Positions 26,486-40,474 of a stretch of DNA of 64,000 bases are shown in pieces. The DNA is taken from assembly GCF_018350175.1 (NCBI RefSeq), contig NC_058368.1, positions 51,089,815-51,153,814 on the forward strand, written 5' to 3'. Positions within the stretch are counted from its first letter, which is position 1. Each line of letters begins with the position of its first letter. The notes beneath the pieces are model-generated. The model was not told the origin of the DNA, did not search any database, and saw only the letters and a program-made list of their open reading frames with translations. Both the position numbers and the translations under genes were made by a program. This DNA comes from Felis catus. Taxonomy: Eukaryota.

Positions 26486-27473
26486 TGAGAATACTTAACA
26501 TGAGATCTACTCTGTTAACCAATGCTTAAGTGCACAGTACTGTTTTGTTAACTACAGGCATAAATGTTGTACAGCAGATCCCTAGGCTTAGGTGGACCAG
26601 AGACCTGAGCCCAGAAGAATCAATGATATCTCTGCCAAAGCCAGATCAGATGGACAATGACAACCTGGCCCCGATACTGGATACCTAGTGTTCTCCTAAC
26701 CAGTCCACTAAGACAACATAAGTACCCTCCTCCTCCCCACAATACGCAGGATGGTGAGGGAGAAGGCGACCCTGGGTCCCACTAAGATTCAACTTCTGCC
26801 ATTTGGCAGATGATAGATTCAACAAGAAAAGACATTAACTATATTCAGTTACAGAAATTCTACAAAAGATACACTTCTTAAACCTGTGTTTATGGGTAGA
26901 GATGTGTGTCTGCTACAGAAATCAGAGGAGGCTCTGATGAACGTCCTGCTAAATCCACACAGTCCTGTGCTCGTGTCTACGGTCTCATCAGCATTCCAAG
27001 AAGGAAGTGACATGACCTTGACTGTGGCAGGCCTTTTCTCCCATAACCAGCACTGAATGAGACCCGAGTGTTTACAATCCCTCCATTTAATGAGCCAGGT
27101 ATGGCCTGGCAGGTTCCTGTTTGACTAAAGCAGTGCATTAGAAACAAAAGTCCTTAAATTTTTCAGAACCAAATAATCTTTCATATGCTTTATGATGCTA
27201 CATTCTGATCTTCTAACTAACCTATTAAAGTACCTGAGGAAATTTAGTGCTCTTTTTTGAGGAAAATATTGATCCTTCCCACAGGACCCTGTGTGACTGA
27301 CACATGGCAAAAGACAGAAATCAGGCTCTTCAATTTCAACACGTTGGCAATTCTGCCTCCTTCCAGCCTCTGAGGTGTACAGATGGATCCTACTGCCAAC
27401 AACACAGACCATAACTTAAGGTCCAAGTTGAAAAATCCAACCACAAACCAATTTAAAGCCAGCCCTTTCCAAA

Positions 27474-27901
27474 TGGATAACGATGTGGTATATGTATACA
27501 ACAGAATGTTACTCTGTGATCAAAAAGAATGAAATCTTGACATTTGCAACAACATGAATGGAACTAGAATGTATTATGCTAAACAAAGTAAGTCAGAGAA
27601 AGACCAATAACATATGAATTCACTCATATGTGGAATTTAAGAAACAAAACAGATGAGCAGAGGGGAAAGGGAAGGGAAAACAAGGTAAAAACAGAGAGGG
27701 AGGCAAACTATAAGACTCCTAAATACAGAGAACAAACTGAGGGTTGCTGGCAGGGTGTTGGGTGGAGAGATGGGCTTAATGGGTGATGGGCATTAAGGAG
27801 GGTACTTGTTGGCATGAGCACTGGGTGTTATATGCTAAGTGATGAGTCACTAAATTCTACTCCTAAACCGTCATTACACTATATGTTAACTAACTTGAAT
27901 A

Positions 27902-27941
<40 letters not shown>

Positions 27942-27943
27942 AA
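27474..27943 (+). mobile_element. 5'-truncated carnivore L1 3' end
   Basis: L1 3'UTR with (TAAA)n tail; TSD CCAGCCCTTTCCAAA at 27459-27473 and 27944-27958. Confidence 0.92.
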
Positions 27944-29748
27944 CCAGCCCTTTCCAAAGGATCCTGTGAGGCCTCTGATATTTAGGGCACCGAGGGTTAT
28001 GTAATGCCCCACTATCTCTTCCCCCTTTTAGAGCACTCCCCAGCCACCAGTGGGTTAGACAGCACCAAGTAACCACTCTGGCTCATATTAATTACCTAAG
28101 CTCCCTGCAGAAATGGCTTCCCTTCATCAAGATTTATCTTCTCTTCAGTTTTTATAGATTGTATATGTAAGAATATACAAGAAATAGCCACTTAAACAAT
28201 GTCTCTGTGACTTTTCCAAAATTAGAGTTACTGCCCATGAGGTTATGAACTGTCCCTCATGGAAAACATAGTTGATAAACTGCTTCTTGATCCAGGGCAA
28301 GAAAAACTTCAGTTCCTCAAAGAGCTAGTCTGCATCCTCCTGTCAAGCAATACAAATTGTATTACTCAACTATTTCCCTTTTTGCCTCAGCTCCAGAAAA
28401 GTGAAAATTATTGTACCCTACTGCAGTAATTGATTTATCTCAAGGGCACTGTAACATTGATTCCTCTGCTATATTAATGTATCTCTGGTCTAAATTGTGC
28501 ATTGTGTTTGATTTTGTAAACAGCCTCCAGCTTTTCTAGATATAGAGGGGGTTATCATTTTAAAGAAATGCATTTTAATTTTACCAAAAATTGGTTTCCT
28601 TTGAAACTTTTATTTCAGTTTTATTTTTATGTTAATTTTTCTGTTTGACTAATCTCTGTGCCCTACATGAGAACCTCAGTTCCATGAGGGGACAAACTCT
28701 ATTTAATCTGCTCACTGATGTATCTTCAGTCCCTGGCGTCATGCCAGAGGGCCTTCCATACCTGTATCAGTCAAAATAGACCAAATTGTGCTGCATGAAC
28801 ATAGAGCCTGAAAACTCCTAAGAACAAACTGGTTTTTTTCTCACTTATTCTACATATCCATAGAGATCAGCTATGGGTGTTCTCTGCTTTGTATCCACTG
28901 GAAGATTATCATGACAAAAAGAAAAGAGATAGGAGAAGCCACAAATCACTTGCCAGTGCTTTCCCTTGACTAGCCAAACTCCAATCACATGACCAGGAAG
29001 GGGATGTGTCACCCTCCCAGGAAGGGTTCCTACAGTAAGGGAATTTGGTGATTGGTCATACCATCTATAATGCTACTCTAGGAAATTAATTCATCTAGAC
29101 TTATAAATTACATTTTCTCAAATTAGTGAGGTGCTGTTTATTCCTTCCCATGTATATTTAGCCTTTGGTACATTTTAAACTTGTTTTATAATAGCTTGAT
29201 TTCAAAGTATCTCACTAAACCATTGATTTGGTTATATTTAGGTCAAATATACTTCACCACGCATAATGTCTCCCTCTTTCAAACAGCTCAGGAAGTCTAG
29301 AGAGCTGCATACTAACTTTTCCCAACACCACAACAGTTTCAGAGACCTTAGTTGACTTTTGCCAAGCTGATATCAGAGTTTCCATGTTCTATAATTGGAT
29401 AGCTCAGATAACCTGAAACCCTTTCACTTCAAAACACCTGAAAATCCTGGACTACATATAACAAACATTCTCTTAAAGACATGCCTGAGCTTGGAATAAA
29501 ATGAGGAAACTCCAAGGGCCAAAGATGAGAATAAAACTGAAAAATACAACAGGAAGCCAGAGAGCCAAGAGTGTAGCAATCATATGGTTGATGGGACTTT
29601 CCAGTTTGCTACCAGCCTCACAAACTCAGGGTTGAGATTTTAAAGTCTTCATGAAAGGAGGAGACCCCAGTCAAGTTGAGGAGTTACAACTGAGACCCCA
29701 AATAAAGCTTTACTGCCCAAAGGACCTCAGCCTAAGTAAAAGCTATGC

Positions 29749-29942
29749 CTGGGTTGCCATATTTAGCACATAATAATATAGGAACATCCAGTTAAATCGA
29801 TAATGTGAATGAACAGCAAATAAAATTTTAATATAGGTATGTCCAGTATAGCATTTGGGACATACTTATACTAGAAAATTATTCGTTATCTATCTGAAAT
29901 TCAGATTTAACTGGGAGCCCTGTATTTCACCTGGCAACCCTA
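29749..29942. mobile_element. MER53 palindromic MITE
   Basis: TIRs GGGTTGCCA...TGGCAACCCTA; whole element is an imperfect inverted repeat. Confidence 0.88.
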
Positions 29943-30054
29943 GATACACCGGAAAAATTACCCACCAGTATAGAGAGTCAACAAGAATGCTTGCCTATCT
30001 CCACGTGGGCTCTGAGTTGGGCCAGGAAAGTATCCCCCACAAGAATTAACAATC

Positions 30055-30378
30055 CAGAGTAGTTACAATTAACAACTCAGGCAACAACAGATGTTGGTGA
30101 GGATGCTGAGAAAGAGAAACCCTTTTGCACTGCTGGTGGGAATGCAAACTGGTGCAGCCGCTCTGGAAAACAGTATGGAGGCTCCTCAAAAAATTAAAAA
30201 TAGAACTACCCTAAGACCCAGCAGCTGCATTACTAGGTATTTATCCAATGGACACAGGAGTGCTGATTCAAAGGGGCACATGCACCTCAATGTTTATAGC
30301 AGCACTATTGACAACAGCCAAAGTATGGAAAGAGCCCAAAGGACCATCGACTGGTGAATGGATAAAGAAGATGTGGTA

Positions 30379-30424
<46 letters not shown>

Positions 30425-30857
30425 GGAATATTACTCAGGAATCAAAACGAATGAAATCTTGCCATCTGCAACAACGTGAATGGAACTAGAGTGTATTATG
30501 TTAAGCGAAATTCAGTCAGAGAAAGACAATTATCATATGATTTCACTCATATGTGTTATTTAAGAAACATAACAGATGAACTTAGGGGAGGGGAAGCAAA
30601 ACTAAGATAAAAACAGAGAGGGAGACAAACGATAAGAGACTCGTAAATACAGAGAACAAAATGAGGGTTGCTGGCGTGGTATTGGATAGGGGAATGGGCT
30701 AAATGGGTGATGGGCATTAAGGAGGGCACTTGTTGGGATGAGCACGGAGTGTTCATGATGAATCACTAAATTCTATTCCTGAAATTATTAATACACTATA
30801 TGTTAACTAACTTGGATTTAAATTTTAAAAAATAAATAAAAATTAAAAATTAAAAAA
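30055..30857 (+). mobile_element. 5'-truncated carnivore L1 with internal (TG)n
   Basis: ORF2-end and 3'UTR; perfect TSD AAGAATTAACAATC at 30041-30054 and 30858-30871. Confidence 0.93.
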
Positions 30858-32784
30858 AAGAATTAACAATCATAGGTCTGCCCTCTCACGGACTTAACAA
30901 TTTAGCTTTACACTACCTGTATGATCCTCATCTACCAAGCCAGAAATTAGCATAAAAAATGCTCCCCAACTTTCCCCCCACTCACCCCCTGCCAAGACCA
31001 TGATACCCCAGGACTCCTAGCAGAAGGAAATAAAACCTGCTCTGAGTGGGGAGGGGTCTCACCCTCAACTCAAGCCTCTGCGGAGGTCCACAGACAAAAC
31101 CTCACTAAAGATGAACTCACAACCCAAAATTACAAAATATGGGGGTCACTTGTGTACAGCAGGGAAGGCTGGCCCTTTCACTCACCAGTTAAAAAAGTCA
31201 AAGGGCACAAAGTCTTTGAAACACATCCAGAGTCGCTCAAAGCTGATTTAGTTGGCTGTTTAGGTGGGGCAAATCAAGTATCCAGTTCCATGACTTCAGA
31301 CTGTATTCTTGTCTGGCCAACCATCTCACACAAATCCATCACCATTGCTGAGGGGGAAAAAGCAACACAAAAAAGCCAGTTCTAGTGACAGCAGGTTCAG
31401 CATTCGTTAATACATTACAAATAGACCTTAAGGCACTTCAGTGCTTTTCATTTCCTTTTCTCATTAAGAACTACTTGTTTATTAAAACTAGAGAAAAGCT
31501 GGAGCCAACCACTTTTAAAGCCTTAGCTTTAATACACCTGCTGCCCTGAATTTCCCATAGACTAAGCCACATCCCAGTTTGCCTGGGACTTTTCTGGGTT
31601 TAGCAATGGAATGCCCCATCGTAGTCAAACCAAGAGAGTTGGTCACAGAAAGCATTCTTCATCTTAATAAAAGGGAAATTAAGTAAATCTGTGAAGGTTT
31701 TCCTCTTTGTTTTCCTACCAGCAGCATTCAGGCAAAACAAGCTAATAATTATTTCAAGAGGTTCTTGCAGAGTGCCTATAATTACAGCATAGGTATATAA
31801 ATAGGCATACACACTTTTCACTCCTTGAGCTCTGGTTTCCGCATCTGTGAAACACAGACAACCATGGAACCATAAGGTTTTGGAAAGGATTAATGAGACA
31901 GTGTAGAATGTAGATCAAGCACTTTGCATGGTTCCTCGCCCATAATAAACACGCCAGCAAGATAGCTATCTTGATTACTAAGTTTCAGACTTTTGTAGCA
32001 TACAGATTTTATACTTCAGAAACATTTACTATATGCTTCCATTTTGCACATTTTTGGTTTGAAGTAGCAGTTTTGTCGGTATTGCTGGATTATTCTCACA
32101 CGACTTGTCAGAATTTATTGACAGATACAAATAATTTTCTCTTATTGTGTTTGGACACTTATCTGATCGTTCATCCTTTGACTTTCAGAATTCAAAAATA
32201 TTCGCCAAGATTTAGGGAAAATAACAACAATCTCGATCATTTTTTCCCACTTTTTAGAAAGCAAACTTGATGTGCTTTATCTTGCCTGCCTATCCTTTTA
32301 GTCCAACATGTACGAGTAATGCGAAAATAGCATTCTCTTTATCCCATCTCTGACTATCAGTGACCCAGAACTAACAGGTTTGTATTTCCGCCTGACTGAT
32401 TTTCAAAGTATTCAAACTCTAAATAACCTTAAATTGAGTATATATTTTATGTCATCCATTGTTTTACTGAAAGCTCATATTTCCCCTGTGGCATTAGGCT
32501 GCATTGAGCATATGAGTATTAACAATCTTTTAAATTGCTGTCAATTTGAAGACATTACTTTCTCTCTGTTAGGACATAATGCTGAGTCATTTGGAGTGAG
32601 TTGAGACAGATTTGCCCTAAATCACTCCTAAAATCTTGTTTGGTTTCCTCTGGCCAGAATATCGTATAATATACTGGTTACTTTGGATATTGCAAGGTTT
32701 ATCTTTGTTTGACATTAAAGGTCCTAAATGGGATCAAGACACATGATCTGAGCTAACATTTCTCGTACTTAAATATACATACAA

Positions 32785-33090
32785 ACCACATTTTGAGAAA
32801 CTTGTTGAACACAGATTCTGATTTGATCGGTCTGGGCTGTGGCTTGGAACTCTGTATTTCCAGCAAGCCCCCAGGTGACACCGACCCTACTGGTCTGGGG
32901 ACCACCCTACAGCAGCACGGGTGTAAGGCAGTAGTTCTCGGGGTGTGGTTATGGCACCAGTAGCACGGGCACCACCGGCGAATTTGTCAGAAATGTTAAT
33001 CCTCAGACCTCACCCCAGACTTTCTAGATGAGAAACTCTAGGTACAAGCCCTCCAGGTCACTCTGATACACACAGTTTGAGAACCACTAT
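32785..33090. mobile_element. MER5A/MER5B-like hAT fragments
   Basis: ACACAGATTCTGATTTGATCGGTCTGGG, CAGTAGTTCTC...GTTTGAGAACCACT; similar fragments at about 34170-34320 and 51950-52110. Confidence 0.7.
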
Positions 33091-33441
33091 TTTAAATAAG
33101 TAAATCTGCTTGCCTAGATGAACCAAGTACTGGGTTATATGCCACAAGGAAGGAAACCAAGGCTGTCTTTGAGCTAAAACGACCAAGACAAACAGCCAAT
33201 CCTCAGTTACCTGCTGGAAACGAGCATTTAACAGATCCACCCACACTGGTGAGTGGCCTTTGGAGGAACAGACCTTGCCCGGATGCCAACTGAAAACTTG
33301 TCCAGCAGGTATATTCTCTATATCGAAACGTACAGGTAGTATTAAAGCATGCACTCAGCATCAGGGAAGTCTGATACGAGGTAACACAGTAGTGTTAAAT
33401 TGCCCAACAGAGGAAATAGGCATCTGCTAAGCAGGGACACC

Positions 33442-33515
33442 AAAAAAAAAAAGAAAAAAAAGAAAAGAAAAAAAAGAAAAGAAAAGAAAAGAGAAAAGAA
33501 AAGAAAAGAAAAAAA
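33442..33515. repeat. (GAAAA)n A-rich repeat
   Basis: Directly visible polypurine tract. Confidence 0.9.
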
Positions 33516-35008
33516 TCTTGAAAGAATTTGACATTTTCCAGAAAAAAGCATCAAGAGATACCATGGGGAAACTCATACTATTCAACTTCTTTACACTCAT
33601 TTTACTGTTTAGCATGGCTTGCTGTGGCCTGTGGAGTCTGACTGCCTGTCTCTAAGTCCTGGCTATAGCATGTCCTAGCTGAGGAACCTCAGGCAAGTTA
33701 CTCAACTCTCATTGCCTCAGTTTGCTCACCTGCAAAATGAAGATAATGACGTTTTGTGAGAATTAAACATTACATTAATATATGTAAAGTTCTTAGAAAA
33801 ATGCCTAATATTCAGTCAGTGCTTCATAAATATTTGTTTTTATTACAAGTAGGTGGAAAGGGCAGAAGGACTCTACATTTTCTTTTTCAGTGCTTAGGGT
33901 CTTCAAAGAATTAATTTCTTTCCCAGTAAGCCTGACATGGCATTGGAGAAGTCAGACAAAAGTCAGAAATGCATGGAGACAAGAGACAGAACTGGTGAGA
34001 CCTGTGGGTCCCAGGGAAAAATTGAGAAAGAGCAGGATAGAACTAGAGAAACTGTGGGGCTCTGAACAAAGCCAGGTACATATCAGGAAAAGGAGCAAGA
34101 CTTAAGTCCCAGAGTGTAAGTCAGGAGACCAGTAAGCACTGACCACCCACAAGGATGGTAACATCATCAGCAATCTCGGGATTTTAGGCTCTCACCCTGG
34201 CTACAAATGGAATCAACTGGAGAGCATTAAAAAATGCTGATGCCTGTGTATCACCCCTAGAGAATCTGTTTTGTTGGTTTGGGGCCTTACCTGGGGAGAT
34301 TTCTAAAATCTCCCCTGAGTTTTTTAGATAGCATGTGTTAAGCATCTTATACTCCAGTCAGCACTGATGTTAGAAGTTGTGAGGGGCCTACATAGATGAC
34401 AAATGAAATGGCTAAAAAAACACAGTCCCTGCTTATTATCCCCACCTTCACTCTTCTTTATATTTATGCTCTGGATTTACCTTCTCTCTGGCCACAGATA
34501 ATTCACAGAGTGCCTTTTTTGCTATTCAGAAAAATGCTCCCCTTCTTCCATGCACCTTGTCAAGAACTGATGTTACACCACAAGCAAGATAACAATGTAT
34601 CTTACCATAGTTTCATGGATGATGGCAGAAGACATGAGACTCCTGGGCCAGAGATAAAGGATTATTACTCACAGAAATAGTAGAGAATAAACATTTCCTT
34701 GCAACAAGAAAAAAACCCTTTCCCAAAACAATGGAAAGACGTGACATCTGCACATACAGTGAATTTTATTACAGGAAAGGAACCATGAATTTAGGGAACT
34801 TAAATCTTTTATAATGGGCAGTAAGCCTGCTGGCCTTTACTCTACAGAGATAACACTTCTATTTTCCAAGGCTATTTGCTATACACATTCTTCAAAGCAC
34901 TAGAATAGTGCTGGCAAAATGTGAAAAACATGTAAGACCCATGGAGAATCATCTTCCAGCACACTTTACTTTCATTGTCCAAAAAAATTGCTATAATATA
35001 ATGATTTC

Positions 35009-35230
35009 AGGGGCACCTGGGTGGCTCAGTCAGGTAAGATCTGACTCTTGATTTTGGCTTTGGTCATGATCTCATGGTTCGTGAGTTTGAACCCCACATC
35101 AGGCTTTGTGCTGACAGCAGTGGAGCCTGCTTGGGATCCTCTCTCTCCCTCTCTCTGTCCCCCCTCTACTTGCTCATATGCTTGCTCCCTCTTTCTCTCT
35201 CAAAATAATTTTAAAAACTTGAAAAAATAT
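35009..35230 (+). mobile_element. SINEC SINE
   Basis: TSD ATATAATGATTTCA on both sides. Confidence 0.9.
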
Positions 35231-35532
35231 ATATAATGATTTCATTAGAATAAAAACTTCGTATCTTCTGCTATACAATCATCATAGTAGATATGCAAAG
35301 CTACAATGTCTACGATGTAGATGGATCCCTCCTGCCTATGAGCAGTTTACAACCTATGCAAATATACACCATGGCATTTTATATTTTTATCTTACTCGCC
35401 TATTCTATCCTTGTTGGGTCCTACCCAACCTCACTTTTGGACTTATTTTTTTTCCCCAATGATCTTATTCCTAATCATTTTCCTTCTTCCAGCCCAAATT
35501 TCCACAAACTATTTACCTTAAGATTTTAATAC

Positions 35533-35534
35533 AT

Positions 35535-35569
<35 letters not shown>

Positions 35570-35775
35570 TTTGTAACTTTTATTTATTTTTGAGAGACAG
35601 AAACAGAGTGCAAGTGGGGGACGGGCAGCGAGAGAGGGAGACACAGAACCTGCAGCAGGCTCCAGGCTCTAAGATGCCAGCACACAGCCCGACATGGGAT
35701 TTGAACTCATGAACCGTGAGATCATTACCTGAGCCAAAGTTGGATGGTTAACCAACTGAGCCCTCTAAGCGCCCC
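35533..35775 (-). mobile_element. SINEC SINE
   Basis: (TTTA)n tail; TSD AAGATTTTAATAC. Confidence 0.9.
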
Positions 35776-36895
35776 AAGATTTTAATACTTTTAGACATGA
35801 TCAGTCCCCTTCATTCTTGGGCTTACTCCTCGCTATTTGTGCAACTGAAGTAACATGAGGCACCCCTGAGACGGAGGCACACAGATTACCTTTCCATGTT
35901 AAACTGGCAAAATCCACATATAATGACTGCGTTCTGTACAAACGACCCATGCTAAGGACAAGATGAAACAACAGACTTCTAAGAGCTATGACAAGGTGTC
36001 AGGACCATGAAGATATTTCAGAAGGACACGAAGCGCCACAAGTAAGCTGACATCTTACTAGTTACAAGAACTCAAATGTAATTTCTGAGAACCACACTGT
36101 AAATGTGACCAAACAAGAATGTGCTCTCATGCATCTGAGTGTTGCAACAAGAGGAAAACGATCAGTTTGGATTCTTGAAGGGGAATAAAGAAAAAGAAGT
36201 AAATAGAGACTGGCTAGGGTGACCTAGAAAGACTGCATCTGGTGGAAGACTAACGGACAAGTATCCACTCTGTGGGAGCAGGGACTTGTAAATGTCCTGG
36301 TGAATGTCTCTGAAATCTCTGCCACTGCTTTATTCCAGTTTCACACTCAGCAAGCAGCATATCATTCCTCGCCCAACTTCCCAGCCACGCTGGCCTAGGG
36401 AAGGACCATACATTGTGAAAGTATCTAGCCTTGCAACATAAAGAAACATCCAAAGTGTCAAATGACACCATGGCATTCTGATCTAAGTCCCAGCCTATTA
36501 ACAGGGGTGAGATGGTCCCTCCCCAGTGGAGCTCAGCACTCAGGCTGGATCCAGCATGGTCACTCAGCGTTCATCCTTCCCCAAGGTGAGCTCCTGAGCT
36601 GAAACTCGTCCAAAGTCTATGGAAGCAGAGCAGCTCCAGAGACTTTCAGGAAAGCCCCGGCCATCCATTTTAGGACACACAGGCAGAGTGTTACTCCCAG
36701 GGCTGAAATGCAATTTCTCAACTGTCCAAAAACTAGAATAGGGTAGGGACTTTGAGCTACCATACTCACCTAGGGCCCACATTTATGTCCTCCCTCACAT
36801 TCCTTCACACAGCCCCCAGAACAAGGCAGAGACTATTAAAAGTACTGGAGATACAAAGACAAATGATATGGAATCTGCTGGCCCTGAGGGAATTT

Positions 36896-36946
36896 TGTGT
36901 TAGTCAGGGTTCCCCAGAGAAACAGAACCAACAGAACATGTGTGTG

Positions 36947-37012
<66 letters not shown>

Positions 37013-37290
37013 TGATTAGATTTCATTCAAATGAAAGAGAGAGATTTCAGAGAACTAGTTCATGTGATTGTGAAGGCTGGCAAGTATGAAATCTGCAGAG
37101 CAGGCTGGTGGGTGCACCTGGATGGCTCTGCTGGTTGAGTGTCTGACTCTTGATTTCAGCTCAAGTCATGATCTCAGTTTGTGCAATCAAGCCCCGTATC
37201 GGGCTCTGTGCTAATAGCACAAATTCTTCTTGGGATTCTCTTTCTCTCTTTCTCTGCCCTTCCCTCGTCTGTGCGCACTCTCTCCCTCTC

Positions 37291-37329
<39 letters not shown>

Positions 37330-37693
37330 ATGTAATCTGCTTTACTCAAAGTCTACTGATTTAAATGTTAATCTCATCTAAAAAATACCTTCGGGGTGCT
37401 GAGTGGCTCAGTTGGTTAAGCATCTGACTTGGGCTCAGGTCATGATCTCATGGTTTGTGAGTTTGAGCCCCCACACTGGGCCCAGCGCTGACAGCTCAGA
37501 GGCTGGAGCCTGCTTTGGATTCTGTGTCTCCTTCTCTCTCTCTGCCTCTCTCCCACTCTCACTCTGTCTTTCTCTCTCAAAAACAAATAAAGCATTAAAA
37601 AAAAATTTTTTAATACCGTCAAAGCAACATCTAGACTGGTATTTGACCCAACACATAGCCTAGCCAAGTTGACACATAAAATTAACCATCATG
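36896..37693 (-). mobile_element. MLT2-like LTR interrupted by two SINECs (37110-37330, 37393-37610)
   Basis: TGTGTTAGTCAGGGTTCCCCAGAGAAACAGAACC...AAGTTGACACATAAAATTAACCATCA; homologous to the copy at 3827. Confidence 0.85.
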
Positions 37694-37795
37694 GGTTTCT
37701 GGTACATTATGTTCCACAGACCCAAAGAGGGCGATTCCCAGTCTCCCCTCCACCCTAATCACCTCACCCCCAAACCCTCATATCACCTCCCCCCA

Positions 37796-37850
<55 letters not shown>

Positions 37851-38411
37851 TATCACTGAAAAAAGTAAAGGATGTTTTTAAAAATAATGTGTTCCCTGTG
37901 AATCCCTCCCTATAATTCTTCACAACCAGGCACAATGAACCAGGAAGTTTACAGAGAAGAGAGGCAAATGTAAATTTTTGAAGGCTTTGAGATTTCTTCA
38001 GAAAACTTATGCCAGAAGGTATCCCTGCTTACAGTCATTAATGGCTCCTTGGTTAGAAAGGGAAGGAAAGAAGGGAAATTTATTAACCACCTCTGCCTCC
38101 AAATTCCCCTCCCTTTACTCTTCCCAATTTTTGCCAGAAGGAAGCTCCTATTCTCACCACAGAGCAAGTGAAAAAGCACTGGGGTGCAAGACATGCCTCC
38201 TTCCTTGGAAATAGGGAGAAGTCGAGGACAAGAAGCTGGTTGTCATGGTCCCTTCAGCCAGACCCCCACCCTGCTCATCCAAATCCCCTCCCCATAGCCT
38301 AACGCCTGCATGCTCTGTGGAGCCTTCCAAGCACTTCTGCCTCAGTGTCCATTCTGGCCTCAGCCCCTTGGAACTCTGCTTCTCTTACTGTCATTCAGTC
38401 TCTACTCATTC

Positions 38412-38562
38412 AGGGTGCCTGGGTGACTCAGTCTGTTAGGCGTCCAACTTCAGCTCAGGTCATGAGTTCATGAGTTTGAGCCCTGCATCAGGCTCTGTGC
38501 TGACAGCTCAGAGCCTGGAGCCTGCTTCAGATTCTGTCTCCCTCTCTCTTTGCCCCTCCACG

Positions 38563-38616
<54 letters not shown>

Positions 38617-38665
38617 CCTCCCTTTCAAGAATAAACATTCTTGAATAAAAAAATAATAATAATAA
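38412..38665 (+). mobile_element. SINEC SINE
   Basis: Head, long (CT)n, A-rich tail; ACTCATTC flanking repeat. Confidence 0.9.
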
Positions 38666-38726
38666 AATAAGCCACTCATTCCACGCACACTGCTCTACAA
38701 AGTTCTCCTTTAAAGTCTCTATTTCA

Positions 38727-39471
38727 TGTCCCTGGAAGGTTGAACTATTTATTTTTGTAAAGACAAATACAAATTTTAAACAGCAACAATAATAATACAA
38801 GAAGCTTAATTCTCCCTTCTACTAATAAGGGAAGAGATTCTCCTCCCCTCCTTAGAAAAATTAAAATTATAGGTACTTTCTCCTCTCTTTAAAATGTATA
38901 TAAATCCTTTTGAAAGCTAGATAGGACTTTTGTCAGCTTTTTGATTCAAGAATATTTCTTAGGAACCTGGAAACCATCTCTGAAATGTAAACACCAAGGG
39001 AGATAGTTCCCAGATCTCCCAGTGTCTGTTGGAGATAGGAGCCTAACTTTGATGGGTGCTCCATGTTGCAAAACTATCATCTCCTGTCATAAAGACCCAA
39101 GAAGTTTGGTTTTGCTTTGTATAAACTCAATTAGCCAACCTAGACAGTCACCTCCATTACTAGAGAAATTTAGGTACCTAAATTACCACTAGGTAAATGA
39201 ACTATGTGTGACAAAAGGTGCTGTCAAGACCTCTGATTTGAGGACTAGTTATTGTTTATTTTGAGAAATGTATATAACAGGTTGTGTCTGCTTGGTTATA
39301 AAAGGAGGTAAGATTCTTTTTCATCTGCAGTCTCCTAAGGGATCGCCTAGGATGTGCATCGTATTCTGGTTAAATGCTTACTCAATAATGTAAGTGTTTT
39401 CTTTCTCTGTCACCTCTATGGAGGGCATTTCTGCATTGAGAGATTTTGGTTTTAGTTATATCTCCCCAACA
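38727..39471 (+). mobile_element. MER34-like ERV1 LTR (5' boundary approximate)
   Basis: 3' end AGATTTTGGTTTTAGTTATATCTCCCCAACA, TATA-like TTATAAAAGG at about 39296. Confidence 0.65.
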
Positions 39472-40115
39472 TCTCATTCTTACACATCCACAGTCCTTAG
39501 CACATTGTTTTCTTACATATAAAAGATTTTCTTGATTGTAACCATTTCTTTTCCCATTTTTACACATCTGAGACCAAGACAATTTTTTTAGTTGATGGGG
39601 AAAAGAGTAACACCGATTCAAGGAATGAAAACACAGTCAAAAAGGTTGAAAAAGTTTGCAAAATAGATTTTATTGTGAATGTTAAAGCACAGAAAAAGGA
39701 TACTTTTCTTGTGGATCCCAAGTGTAAAGGGAGAAAGGGAAGGAGCAGAGCCAAGTAGGAATTCCAGAAGACAGAGCCCACGTTACCATAAGGAAAACAC
39801 CACATCTCAGAAACATCACATGAGGCCACTCTAATTTTAAATAGTTTCCTAAAAAGTTAAGTAAAGACCCAGAAGTGGAAGTACATAGCTAATTTGCATA
39901 CTTCAGATGAGTCATGACAGACATTTCAGCTGTCAGGAATTTTTCTCTCATCGAAACATAACAATCATGAGTTTTGCCTGTTAGTTGTTACTTTGTAGAT
40001 TCCCAGAGCTATGTTTTACTGTGTAGTAAACTTGGAGGCTACAGACTTCACCCACATTACTGACAGACAAGGCTGATGTGTTTGGGATATAAAATTTAAA
40101 ATCCAGGAATACTGA

Positions 40116-40332
40116 GGGGCGCCTGGGTGGCTCAGTCGGTTGAGCGTCCGACTTCAGCTCAGGTCACCATCTCGCGGTCCATGAGTTCGAGCCCCGCGTC
40201 GGGCTCTGGGCTGATGGCTCCGAGCCTGGAGCCTGCTTCTGATTCTGTGTCTCCCTCTCTCTCTGCCCCTCCCCCGTTCATGCTCTGTCTCTCTTTGTCT
40301 CAAAAATAAATAAACGTTAGAAAAATTTTTTT
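40116..40332 (+). mobile_element. SINEC_Fc SINE (young)
   Basis: CpG-rich full copy; TSD AAATCCAGGAATA. Confidence 0.95.
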
Positions 40333-40474
40333 AAATCCAGGAATATCTGATTGTATTGTGATGTAAATTAGCATCATGGTTTTCATAGAAAAAAAAAACC
40401 CAAAATGTTAACAAAATAAAGGTAATTTATGGGGGAAAAATAAGAATTTAGCCAATGCATCTAAGTAGAGAACA

